Source: Epiperipatus broadwayi
Lineage: Eukaryota; Animalia; Onychophora
DNA length: 64,000 nt
Direction: 5' to 3'
NCBI GenBank assembly: GCA_028023455.1
Contig: JAQFVV010000006.1
Location: 15,128,001 to 15,192,000, forward strand
The position numbers were made by a program, and so were the translations under genes. How positions within the stretch are numbered: position 1 is the first letter of the stretch; the number at the start of each line of letters is the position of its first letter. Positions 25,989 through 39,123 of this stretch are shown here, one piece after another. The notes under the pieces were generated by a model that was not told the origin of the DNA, did not search any database, and saw only the letters and a list, made by a program, of their open reading frames with translations.

Positions 25989-26455
25989 TACCATATAACT
26001 TTGAATTTAAGCCATTCTTAAATTTAAGCTGCAGTAGGATTTTTAAATTGGAAATTGGAAAAAAATATAAAACAGATTTTAGAACATACTTTAGTTTTAA
26101 TCGTAACCGTCTCTCTTGTTAGTGGTAAACACTTAATATGTAATTTTTTTATATAAGATAAAAGAACAGCATCATTTGCAAAATATCTTCCATTTTTAGG
26201 ACCCAAGAATGATTTTATGTGTTTTTTAAAACTTAAATGAGTTCTCCTTCATGGCTCTCCAATGATGAAAATTTCTTTCATCAAGTTTAAATCTTTTACA
26301 GGTTGCACGATTTCCAATTTCTTCAGTGCACAATATAACTTTTCTTTTGAATTCAGCATCTTATGTAAAGTGTTTTCCTTTCATTAAAAAGTACGAGTAA
26401 TAAAAAAACCTCAAAGATAAAATATGGTCATATACAATATGATTAATATGGTCAA
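25989..26455 (-). mobile_element. pogo-like derivative (paralog of 8116-8580)
   Basis: ORF 26024-26206 GPKNGRYFANDAVLL... and the same TIR-like end. Confidence 0.55.
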
Positions 26456-26779
26456 TTTACAATAAAATTAAAATAGATAACTCACTATAAATAAAAATAT
26501 TATTTAATACATCAATCTGGTTTTTTATTCCTTAATGGAACCTTTTTAAGGTGTTTCTTTTTACACAATCACATGACCAATTACGTTCTCACAACACTTC
26601 CCAATGACATTATTTACGTTACATTACATTAAATATAATTGTTCAAATACATACATAAAATATAATTAGTTAAATACATATATACACATAAAAATAATTA
26701 AACTTATTACAGTCCTTTTCCCCCTCCTAATATATATATATGTAATTTTAAAAAAAACAATAATAATAATCCCTTCTAT

Positions 26780-27026
26780 CCCCTTCACCCCCAATTGTGC
26801 TGGACCTTTAACCATGTTTACACATTTGTTTAAATTTCCTTGAATATACAAATTCTCATAACATTTTTTCTTTGTAATTTTTAACATACTTTTATTATCT
26901 GAATATTTTGTTCCCAATTTATTTTATGTCCAGTATCCAAAAAGAGTATATATGGATCTGATCTTATATCTTTTCAGTTCATAGCCGTAGTCATGCTCTT
27001 TACCTTTTCATGGCTTGTCTTTCCTG

Positions 27027-27110
<84 letters not shown>

Positions 27111-27157
27111 ATCTATCTATACTCATATTGCAAAAATACAACATAATTATTCACAAT
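26780..27157 (-). pseudogene. Second PLE GIY-YIG remnant, running into the assembly gap
   Basis: CYENLYIQGNLNKCVNMVKG (ORF 26666-26917), a (TA)n tract, and ...FCNMS at ~27120-27150. Confidence 0.7.
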
Positions 27158-27657
27158 NNNNNNNNNNNNNNNNNNNNNNNNNNNNNNNNNNNNNNNNNNN
27201 NNNNNNNNNNNNNNNNNNNNNNNNNNNNNNNNNNNNNNNNNNNNNNNNNNNNNNNNNNNNNNNNNNNNNNNNNNNNNNNNNNNNNNNNNNNNNNNNNNNN
27301 NNNNNNNNNNNNNNNNNNNNNNNNNNNNNNNNNNNNNNNNNNNNNNNNNNNNNNNNNNNNNNNNNNNNNNNNNNNNNNNNNNNNNNNNNNNNNNNNNNNN
27401 NNNNNNNNNNNNNNNNNNNNNNNNNNNNNNNNNNNNNNNNNNNNNNNNNNNNNNNNNNNNNNNNNNNNNNNNNNNNNNNNNNNNNNNNNNNNNNNNNNNN
27501 NNNNNNNNNNNNNNNNNNNNNNNNNNNNNNNNNNNNNNNNNNNNNNNNNNNNNNNNNNNNNNNNNNNNNNNNNNNNNNNNNNNNNNNNNNNNNNNNNNNN
27601 NNNNNNNNNNNNNNNNNNNNNNNNNNNNNNNNNNNNNNNNNNNNNNNNNNNNNNNNN
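27158..27657. other. Assembly gap (500 N)
   Basis: Run of N. Confidence 1.
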
Positions 27658-27694
27658 TTTTTATCTTAAGTTCGTAGATTTATAGTTAACTAAA

Positions 27695-27905
27695 TAAATA
27701 AAAGGTGATTGCTGGAGGTTAGCATTAGATCCTAAGATCTAAGTGCAGTACTCTCAGATTCAAAGCTACTCACTGATAAAACCCACAAACTAGAAACTAG
27801 TCTGGGGATATTGGATGAGTAAACACTAAATAGAGATTTTATGCGCAAACCTTCATGCAGCCATTGATTAAAAACGCTTGCACTGGGTAGCATTAATGTA
27901 TAAAG
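27695..27905 (+). mobile_element. Family A unit with degenerate HHR
   Basis: CTGATAA(27773-27779)-AACCCACAAACTA-GAAAC-TAGTC-TGGGGA. Confidence 0.8.
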
Positions 27906-30900
27906 AGTTCGCTACCATCCTTGAAATAAAAAGGACCTTGTGCCATCATACCATTCATACTCCTATCGGGCAGGTTCTGCATTCATGACATTTGAACAGT
28001 TATATACATCACAAAGACTAATATGTGATAAAAATCTATAAAACAAATACTTTTACTGCAAGTCAAATTTTTACTTTCAGAATATTATTTTCTGCTGCTT
28101 TGAACAAGAAAACAAAATATGAGAAAAATCTATTAAATAAATATTTTTACCATAAATCCAAACTTACCTTCAAAACATTTGAACAGCTATTTGGATCACG
28201 AAGACAATATACAATAAAATCAATCAATCGACTGTTAGCTGTATCACACAACTTCTCAGATAAAATATGAGCAATCTGAACAAATAAAAATATGATTTTG
28301 TAATTTAAATACTATTTTTTATTTTATAATATCACATAATTTTTATTGCCTGGAATTAATGCATACTTTGGATAATTATTGTTTTTGTATATAAATGTTT
28401 AAAAAAAATTCTGTTTTGTTGTTTTTAAACATTAACAAAAAAAAAAAATGCAGTCAGTAAATATACGAATGAATTAAGTTACAAATAAAGTTTTAAAATA
28501 AATCTTGTATTCCAAATGCCAAAATAACTAAATACTTTACATTTTTATAAACATAAAATATAACATTAAATAAATATAAAATGTTATCATTAAATCAAAA
28601 AAAAAAAGCATTAAACACACACAAAATTATTTATGCAGTATATCTATAAAATATTTCATAAATAATACTTTTATTTAATATGTACTAAAAAGCTAAAAAA
28701 AATTTACAATCGCAATTTAACTTGGAATAAAAATCCGAGACATGCAAAAATTAATTAATTCAATCACCAATTTTTACAACTAATGATTAAATTAATTAAT
28801 TTATGGCTGAACCATACTTTTATTTTAAGTTAAATCTAAAAACACAAATTGTGATTGAAGAAAACAATTATGTTTGTTTTTTTAATGCATATTAAATAAA
28901 ATTCATTATTTATAAAATATTTTTTATATTTATTATTTTTAGTTTCTTAGTATTCAAATATTTTTTGTAATTATTCCAATTCAAAATTTAAAATGAAGAT
29001 TATAAATAATGTCACAGTCTTCACAATATTTGAATGGAAATTCACACACACTAAAAATCATTTACAATATTAATTAATTTATGAAGACACTGTTTTAAAA
29101 GAATCAATCTATTTTTTAAAAAAGCAATTTTTGTAATCAAAAGAAAATAAGATTTGTTTTTAAAATTAAACACTTTTTAGGGAAAAAATTAAAAAAAAAA
29201 AAATACTGCAATCTCAAGGTAAAACTTACTTAAATGATATCAACATATTTAAAATTTAGCAGACTGGACAAATGACTGGGCAAACCTGAATTATTTCATT
29301 GTTATATTTGCATTGTCAATGATCTTTAACATGTATAAAATTTGGAAAAAATATCCATTTAATAAAAGCATGTTAAAAATTGATTACAAAATTTAATCTA
29401 AGCAGACAAACAAATAAAAAAAATTTATAAGTTCAATAAATCCATGCCTTTATTTACTGGGGACTAAAAACTCTGAAAATAATTGTTTCTTCAACCATAA
29501 TTGAGGTTTTTATATTTAATTTGAAATAAAAGCATGGGATCCAGAAATTAATTAGTTAATCCTTTATAAACATAGCGCTATATAAATAAATGCCTCATTT
29601 ACATATGTTTAGTTTCATTTAAGAGTGACGTTTCGTAAATTCTAGATAATTTCGTGGACGTCATTCATTCAGACATAGTAAACAGTAATTTAAAATGATT
29701 GGTTTATCCTCACGCTTTCATATCCAGTACTTAAGATTTTCCCATATATAAGCATTTGGGTTGTATGAATTAGTGGACTCATTTATTCTTTCACAAAGAC
29801 TTTATCTTGTGTTGGAAATGAAAGTATTCATTTATTAGTATTAACATTCGTAAAAAGCGCATGTGTTAGCTTGAAAGTCTGATCTTTAGTTTAATCTTTT
29901 CCAAAGACTTTATCATGTGGTTGTTGAAGTGTTAGTATTCATTCATTTATATTTAAAAAAATCTAAAGCGCATGTGCAACAGTTTAATGCTGTTTAAATA
30001 TTATAGTTTAATCTTTATTATAAAAAGGAAGGACTGAATTAATTAATTTCTGGACACCCCACCCCCCCAACCATGTTTTTATTTCAGTTAAATATAATAA
30101 TCCCAATTTTGGTTGATAAAACAAATAGTTTTAGAGGTTTTAGCCCCCAGTAAATAAAAACCTTTGTTATATAAAAGCATTTGTTATAAAACAATTTTTA
30201 TATATATATTAATTTTAAGTTTTTAGTATTGGATATTTTTTACATTTATATGAAATGTCAGCTTAATATTTGAAAATAACATCATACTATTGAAGAACAT
30301 TTACAATATCATTTTGTTTACTAGGGGGGGGGGGCTCAAGTTTTCCAAAGGAAAATTTTTTTTTTACTTTTTAAAAAATGAAAGACGATTATAATTTCTA
30401 ATTTATCAAAATGTACATGTGTGCTTGCTGCCTATGAAAAGCACTGCATTTAATAGTATATAAAGCAAATAAAATCCGCTTTATATAAAATGAGATTCTA
30501 AAAATTCATAAGATGTTCTTCAGTTTTATTTGAACGGGTAGTTATGATTAAAGCTTGGCATGGCTGATAAAGAGAGTTCTCCCAAAACCAATTCTATGAT
30601 CAAGTATTGTCGTAGTTTACAATTCAAAAGTATACTTTTAAATATTTTATTTCACAATGAACTTATTAAAGATTTTATTCTATCTCATATATCCTGTATT
30701 TCAGTTTTTTAATATAACAATTTTAATAAATGATTATATTTAATTAAATATATAATTTATTGTTTAAATATCACTATTTGTATATTAATATAAAACGTAC
30801 AAAATGTACTGATAACCTAGTTTTTCACAAGTAATTAATATCCAATAAACTATAAATCTTTATTTATGACAAAGCACACTTTTTGATAATACAACTTGCA

Positions 30901-30979
30901 ACAATATTTAATTCAATGATAGAAGTGGAATTACTACTTAATGAAACTAACCTTTCTTTTTCCTTCTAAACCTGTGCAG

Positions 30980-31090
30980 GTATCTACTGGCAAATGGACT
31001 AAAGCAGCTACTGCCGCAAACAGAAGACCCAAGTTTTCATCTACATTTTCCAAATTATATCCGTTAGTTCCTGAAGAGAGATCTATTTAA
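30980..31090 (+). CDS. Candidate terminal exon of an unidentified gene
   Basis: Pyrimidine tract and CAG acceptor at 30950-30979, then VSTGKWTKAATAANRRPKFSSTFSKLYPLVPEERSI*, with AATAAA ~60 nt after the stop. No family recognised. Confidence 0.3.
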   Translation, partial: VSTGKWTKAATAANRRPKFSSTFSKLYPLVPEERSI

Positions 31091-34000
31091 AAAGTTTTTA
31101 AAAAAATGGTTATTTCATAACATGCAAAATATATTGAATTATTTTAATAATAAAACTTACTGTGTTCAAACTCGGCAAGAGATCTGTGCTGAAGGATACA
31201 CTGTAATAAATTTTCAAGCAGCTTATAATTATGGACTACGATTGTATTGAAAAAACAAGATGAAATTGAGGTTTCATTATTGTCCATTGCTTCACATAAA
31301 TACGTAAAACACTAAATGCAAAAGAGATAGAAAAAAACGGATTAAAACATATCAATGTAGTTAATTTTAAATTGTTTCTTTGTTGCTTATTAAAAGGATT
31401 ATATCGACTTCCATCAAGTTTCAGTTTTTCTAATTTCAGATAATTTTTTTTAAATTAGATGTAAATAACAAATGTAGAAAGTAAATTTTGATAATTTAAT
31501 CTTATAATGTTAAAAGAAGAACAATATTGCATTGTTTTTTCCATGCTTTTTATTTATCTTCATATGTTTCAAGTAGCTACCAGCCTTCGTCAAGGCTATA
31601 AATAATACAATATTATTTTAATGTTTTTATAACATGCAAATTTGAAATATAAATAACTAAATTAAGATATGACTTGTTAGTATCAGAATGAATATTTAAT
31701 TAAAAAAGTGATTAGTTACAGAATTTTCAGAAAAGGTCAGGCATTATGAAGTTAGAAACAAAACAGCAATTCTGATGATTAACCTCATACAACTATTTCT
31801 AATACATGATTAGACCAAGAGCTTATTAAATATGCAGTATATTGACTCTTCAATTACTGCACACAAAAGTTAATTTGCGAACTAGTTGGTTTAATTCTCA
31901 AACAGATCGATACTAACTGATTTACAGTTTATACAAAGTTCTGATTCCCGCCGAGCTGTGTTAGAAAAATACACTATGTACACACGATAACGAATACTCG
32001 TACGATAATTCTGAACGTATAGTTTCTACATTTAATTTCTCTTCTTTCTCCACGAGGGTAATACGCAATTCCCACACTGTTCTTTGCAACTAATGCTCTG
32101 CTCGAATTCACTTAAAACGCTCTGTACTCACTCTGTTGATCTTTTCAAAAATGGCCTCCCTTTTATATGTTTTTGCTTTCTGGAGTAACTCTTATAAATT
32201 AAGGTGGGATTTAATTAAATTGGGTTTTGCTAATTAAATTCCTTCGTTATCTGTTTAATTAGTTTGTTACAATTGATTGCATTTCAAGCTAACGTCTATG
32301 ATTAAAATATTAGTAGCAAAATTTAAAGATTTAACAATAAAATAATATTTTAGAATAAGATACTTTCGTATGTATGTTTAATTTAAAATCCATATATTAC
32401 AAAATATAAATAAGATCCAGTTGATTATAGCATGACTTAAGCTGTTTTGGCGCTATGGATAGAGACTCTGGCAGAGTTAGTGTATATCTTTTTAATTGAT
32501 GTCTTCTCTCTCTCTAGAATAATTTCTCTGGGCCTTTTTAAACCTACATATAAACTCTAAAAAAAACTTCTCATTGGGAGCAGATTTTAAAATTAATTGA
32601 TTCTAAGATCATTGAAGGATAGTGAATGACTTCAAGAGTAATAATAACTTGCTCTTTGGTCTCAACAAACCTGACAGTTTATTTAAAAAAACACTATTGA
32701 TATCAATTGTTGTTGTTTGGATTGAATATATAGGTAGCCATTATATAAATATACATATAAAACAAATATAACATAGATATTGAGGATAAAAATTGATATT
32801 CTAATTTTATATCTCAATGAACTAATTTCAATTCTCTATAAATTTTTAGTAATAAAGATTCTTTAATTATTTATTATTATTCTTTATCATTAAATTTATG
32901 ATTCTGAAGCAATTAATTTGTTTAAAAGTTCTTTTAATATTAAGGGTATGTGGGATGTAAGTGGAATTGTGGGTAATTTTAATGTAAATGTGTTGTTATC
33001 TTACTTGAGAAATCTGCTTGTAGCAGTAAAACCATTAGTTATGATTTAGACTTTATTTTCTTTGGCTAGTCTGTTTGAGTTGTGAATTTGAAGTAATTTT
33101 GTCTATATATGGTTGACCTATGACTTTTTTAAAAAATTACATATAACAACCAAAATTGTAGCTCAATAAAAAAATTATTATACCTTTTTAATGCATTACT
33201 CATCTAATTTTATCAATAAAAGCATTTTTTTTTTCAGAAAAAATTTATATATATTGTAACCTTCCTACCTATACTTAACTAATCAATTATGTACACATAA
33301 TCTTCCTTCATACACTTAACTAATCATGCCTAAACGTTTGGGCACCAACTCCCATTATAACCTTTCCTCATATGCTTTTCCATCCAAATTTCTTTGTAAC
33401 CTTTCCTATCCATCCTACGATTCCCTAACATACAAATTATGTACTCAAAAATGAAAATGTAAAGACACAAAGATATTATTTTCTGACTATTGAACTGATT
33501 AGAATGAAACTATAAATCTAAAGAAGATGGTCAAACTAGCTTTAAATCCCCAAACAAAATATTATGAGATAAATTTACTATTTGTCAAACCAATAAATAA
33601 TTAATCCGGTCTATGAAATGAATATGAGATTGGAATTATAAATTAAGTAATAAATAAATTAGGATGTAGATAATTAAATGGATGATAAAAATAAATAATT
33701 GGATAATAAAATGAAACGAATCTAAGAGCAAAGAGAAGAGAAAGATGTGTTAGAATACTGAAGGGTTAAGATAATGATAGACTAAAAGCTAATGACTGAT
33801 TAAGATGATAATAGAATAAGAGCTAGTGAATGGTGAATTAATTATGATAATGAATTAAGATGAAATAAGAATGAAGAAATAAAGAAAGATCGAGATGACA
33901 GATGAGAACAATGATGATGATGGAAGATGATATCCTGATATTGTCTTAAAGGATAGCAAGATAAACTAAAGTAAAATATGGATTCCAAGCTTAACCAAAC

Positions 34001-34788
34001 CAGAATATTTACCATCAAATTAAAACAAAATATAAACTCAAAAGGAAGAAGAACTTTACACATTAAGTTATGCTGACTATAAAACAACTGTGAAAATAAA
34101 CATACCTCAAATCAAAGTCCAGTAAACAATTCTAGATATAAAAACTTAACCATAAATTTAACATTATACTGTGAACTACTAACTTATTCTTCTCAGGGTT
34201 CAAATAAATTAACTACTATCCTTTTTCCAGATATACTTGGGACAGTGAGAGGGATTTTGCCACTACCCAACTATATCAGACAAAATTGCTGATAAACACT
34301 TAGAATTACTAAAATATCTAGCAATCTGAATACCAACTGAGTATGAAATTTAAAATTTATAAAGTACACACAAACTCTTAATCGAGCCAAATAACTTACA
34401 AACTCTCTTTTATTCAATAATTATGGTCTATGTAATCATAGATCAATGAATGATGTATTTGATGGTTCAAATCAATAAGCTACATCAAAATTATTTATTT
34501 CATCTTTATTATATTATTTAAAATAATATGTACACTTCAGGTGAACAATATTTAAATCACAAAGTGATGATGCTTTAAATGTACCTTTTCAAAAAAAATA
34601 AAAGTGTACTAAATTTATTATAGTATTACTAAATAGTAAATTATACATTGATTAATGATGAATTTGAAATAACAAGATAATGTGTGGATAGCAATAACCA
34701 TGATAATAACGTGGGTGATAACTAGCAATAATACCACAGACAACTAGATAACGATTTCAAAATAACAAGATTTATTTACATTATTTAC

Positions 34789-35208
34789 CTAGCGCCGTGC
34801 TTGCAATTATATTTCATTCCAATATCAGCCTTTCAAGCTAATTGAGCACGCGCCTTTGAGAGTGTTAAATAAATGAATACTCTCCTCTTCAATCCAAGAT
34901 ATAGCAATTATGCAGGAATAAAAAGAATCCCCTCTTATTCCTACAACTCAAATTCTTTTATATGAGCAAATCTGAAGAACTTCTGAAGAGAGCGTGAGTA
35001 GATTCTCACTTTAAATTACTATTTACGATGTTTTTTGACTGAATGATGTCGGTGTAATTACTTAGAATTTACTAGACGTCATTCTTACTGAAACTTAATT
35101 ATGAGTAAATAAGCAAATAGTTTATCTAGCGCCGTGCTTGCAATTATATTTCATTCCAATATCAGCCTTCGTGCTCAATTAGCTTGAAAGGCTGATATTG
35201 GAATGAAA
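34789..35208. mobile_element. ~338 bp structured repeat with partial tandem copy, inverted end and 13 bp TSD
   Basis: TTACATTATTTAC flanks both sides (34776-34788, 35209-35221). CTAGCGCCGTGCTTGC occurs at 34789 and ~35127. A second genomic copy lies at 58997-59356 in the opposite orientation. Confidence 0.85.
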
Positions 35209-35271
35209 TTACATTATTTACAAAATTTTCTTAACCTTATTAACAGTTAAACATCTATTTCCAGAAAAACA

Positions 35272-35350
35272 AAGCAAAACTCTCCATATAGTTGAATTGT
35301 TTAATAACAATTATGTGCTAGTACGAGGTAGTGATCATGTGATGTTTATT
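35272..35350. repeat. Family A end fragments (inverted plus direct pieces)
   Basis: GCAAAACTCTCCATATAG followed by AACAATTATGTGCTAGTACGAGGTAGTGATCATGTGATG. Confidence 0.65.
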
Positions 35351-37380
35351 TCCAGAAAACATATATGAAACAAGGTATTTTCTTTAACGACATGTATGGG
35401 GAATAAAATACTATAATACCCCTATTGTCCCCATCATTGTTAATTAGGTTTTCACTATTGTGTATGATAAAACAGGTATATTACACTGCTTGGCATAAAT
35501 AAGCATTACAATCCAAGATAAGAGTGTTTTCTAAATTATAAAGGTAAGTGACAAACTTAATATTTAAACTCAATGCTTGAAGCAGCATTTTTCACTATAG
35601 CTTTCTTTGTTGTATATAAGAATATGCTAATGGCAATTATCATATTAAGCACAATTATAAGAATTATTCTTTGGTATAATTTGTTCAATATTGTTTAATA
35701 TGACATTAGTTAACCATACAGTTAGATTTTTATTATTTAACCTAAAAAATATTCTAAATATGGGTACAGACATCAGAAGTCAGATGTATACATGATATTA
35801 ATCCTGCCTATGTCCATACACAATCATACTGATTATAAAAAGGTTTTACCAATCCATTGGTGAATCACTGCTTGATGAACATCAATGATAGTATGTATGA
35901 GTGTATCCCCTGTTATGCTAGGCATAAACTAAGTCTTATAATTATTAATAAGTTTTGTTGCTAAGTTTTATTGGTTTGTCCCTCAGTTGTCACAGCCTAA
36001 CTCATAACCTATTTGACTTCACTAAATACTATTGATAACAAGTGTCCTTGACTAACTTTATCTTATCATTGCCATACAAATTTCTAAAATACACAAAATA
36101 CCTTCACCATACCCGGTGAGAAAATCACTCCATATCCTCCTAAGGAATAAGATACTAAAAGAGGCTCTTCACAACAACATTACCTCGTTGTGTGATAATA
36201 TGGCAGATTCCCATACCTCTTTCCTGGGTATATATGTGTGGATCTTGTCTCAGGGAAACAAAATAGGTGTCTTAAAAATAACCCTCTCTCTAGGGATTGA
36301 CGATGCTACTTAAGCATTCTTTATTTATTGGCCTCAATAAAATAATCCACACGTGGAGTAAGTGATGGGTGAGACTACTCTCTCTCACTGCCCAATGCAT
36401 CCTATTCATAACAAAGTGTTTAAAGCAGCTTTATATTTCATATATTCATCAGATGCACTCTCACAAATCTTTATCACTACAATGGCAAGATAATCATAAT
36501 TTTCACATTACAGCTAAAGATAAATATCTCACTTCCTAATGAAAACTGATAGTGTAATAAACAAGCCAACATTTTATAAGTCAAACGACTTCGAAATATT
36601 TTAAAATTATGATAAAATATAGCTATAACAAGCAATACCACACACCTCTATATCTGCTTTCTGTTTCAGTATTTATTTTTCTTGTAAATTATTATAATTG
36701 ATATGAGAGATATCTTTACTGACTGAATGAAAGACAACATCAAGTGTATTACTGAAATTATTAGATATAAAATATATGTGTATAAAACAAACTTTTCATA
36801 ATATGTAAATCATCCTTCATGGTTACATTTTTTGTATTAAAACAATATAAACATATAATTTAATGACAGTGTAAGTTTGTAATCATTTAAAATGATAATA
36901 ACTATTCATGGTCATCTAGAAGATTTTGTAAATTTTTACATAATTATATCAATAAAAATTGACCAATCACCACGTCACAAATGCTTTAGGCAGTACACGA
37001 AGAATAAATAACATTTCAAATAATTAAAACATCAAAAATATTTTACTTACATATAATGCTTGGCGATGCACTTTTCGATCAGCATCAAGTCTATGTAATA
37101 ATAATTTTGGCATCAAACTCTGATACAAATGTCCACACTTATTAAACCTGTATAATCACAAAAATATATTAATTAAAAATCCACATTTATAAAGCTGAAG
37201 ACATTAATTTAACTGACAGGTTTCAAAAATATCCGCATTCACAACTTTGATACAAATCATTTTGTGGAAATATATTAATAATGTTTATGAGTCAGTTATT
37301 AAGTTGGACATTATCCTAGTCCAAATACATACTTTAAGTCTCACTTAATAAATAATATATCTGCAGTTATAAAGATATCA

Positions 37381-37790
37381 ATATGTATATATATCATTAA
37401 AAGCCAGTCAACACTTAGACAATCCCAATATCTATAATAATCAACAATTTCAAACTTTTGTCAAAGCAACCCCCTTACAACAATATATATATATTAATTC
37501 TAATATTCTCATGCATAAATGATGACTACATAATATTATTTCCAGGAGCTTCTCAATAAAAATATAATAGCTAAAGAGCTGACGTTTCAGTACAATAACA
37601 AATACTTTCCCCAGAGCCTTTTTTTTTCTCCAGAAAATAATACTATATATATATCTGCACTATTATAATGGTATCAACCCATATATATATATATCATTAA
37701 AATACAGTCAACCCTTAGAAAATTCCAATATCAATAACAATCAACAATTTCAAACTGTTGTCAAGGCAACCTCCTTATAACAATATATAT
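37381..37790 (-). mobile_element. 300 bp monomer with ~110 bp terminal direct repeats and an internal HHR (family E)
   Basis: 37381-37492 repeats at 37681-37790, with the HHR between them. Confidence 0.7.
37574..37622 (-). ncRNA. Minimal hammerhead, family E, core mutated
   Basis: AAAGGCT-CTGGGGA-A-AGTA-TTTGTTATTG-TACT-GAA-ACGT-C-AGCTCTT. A6 is changed to G. Confidence 0.6.
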
Positions 37791-39123
37791 AGGCAGGTCT
37801 CTACTTTCATAAACCCAACATAGGTAAACAATTCCTGTTTATATAAAATGCAAAAAATTAAAATAATATACTGTCCAAGTCTACTCAGTCATCATTTCCT
37901 GTGTCCTTATGTTGAGTAAACATCTTCTGTGCCATACTGTAATGCTTATTTTCACTGTTAAAAAAATATCATATTCTGTATCAAAGCTAATGGAAATAAA
38001 TATGCATCAGAAGAAGAAACCCAGCATACAAAAGTCATAAAATAGATTTTTTACTTTACGTAAGTAGAAGATTTTTTTACTTTAAGTAAGTAGAAGATTG
38101 CCTATAATTTAATTTTTTAATTGATTTATGTGTACATCTATTGTACATATATATATATAATAAATTAATAAATGTTTGACCATTGAAAAACCAGAAAAGG
38201 TTTTCGTTGTTTTAAATATCTTTATTTAGCTTAACGCTTTCAATACTATTAGTATCGTAGTCATAACTTTACACAATTCAATTTCGCTAAAAGCTCATTT
38301 TATATATATTTATTGTTTACTGAATTAGCAGAAAATTGAATTTTTTGTTATTGTTTTGTTTATTTACATTCAAATCCATATACGTGAAGTTATATACGCC
38401 ATTTTTTTTTAGAAAAAGAGATACTAGCTTCTTTTTTTATTTAATGCATGCAAGACTTTGGCTATAGTCCAAGCCTCTTTCACTTTTCTCTTTCTGTCAT
38501 CTCTCTCAGCGCATATAATATCTGCCTTACAAAGATTGAATTTGTGGTCTGACTGTAGCTTTTTCTCCAAAAATAATGATCAATATTCACTGCTTTGTTT
38601 TGCCCTGTTGTATAAATAATTGTGTTGGGCAAGTCTTGTAAAAAGGTGAGCCCTAGTTTCTCCATAGCATACATTTAAGCAATTCGAATCTTTGCATGCA
38701 ATCTTACATACTACTTGATATGCAGTCTATGTTAAAATGGAAGATTTGCATGGGAAAGAAGATGTGAACACAGTTTTTGATCTCATCTGTGAAAGTTGTT
38801 GCTTATTAATATTATTATAGCATTGATATTTTGAATGCTTTTCACCTTCCATTGTCTGGGTAGTAAAGATATTTCAATAGCTGTTGCTAAGGAGACCGAT
38901 AAGCAGAAATCTCACTAATTCTAACAAGCTCCATATTCTCCAATAATAGCATAAGAATCCAGTCGAAACATTAGTTTTATAACAGTATAAATCAACAAAC
39001 ATTTACAAAAGTGAACTTGAAAACAAAAAGCACACACATACACTTGTTATAATAATTTACTCACAGAATAAATTATTGCTTGCAAGTTTTGCTTCGTAAA
39101 TTTACTGATTTCATACTTTATAC

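Noticed and set aside
26993-27685. 230 aa and 219 aa ORFs
   Set aside because: Artefacts of a (TA)n tract plus the N gap.
29780-30020. Diverged ~115 bp tandem pair
   Set aside because: Only two degenerate units, with no structure or ribozyme core.
38480-38950. Coding-like minus-strand stretch (ORF 38480-38674)
   Set aside because: Several in-frame stops upstream and no identifiable homology.
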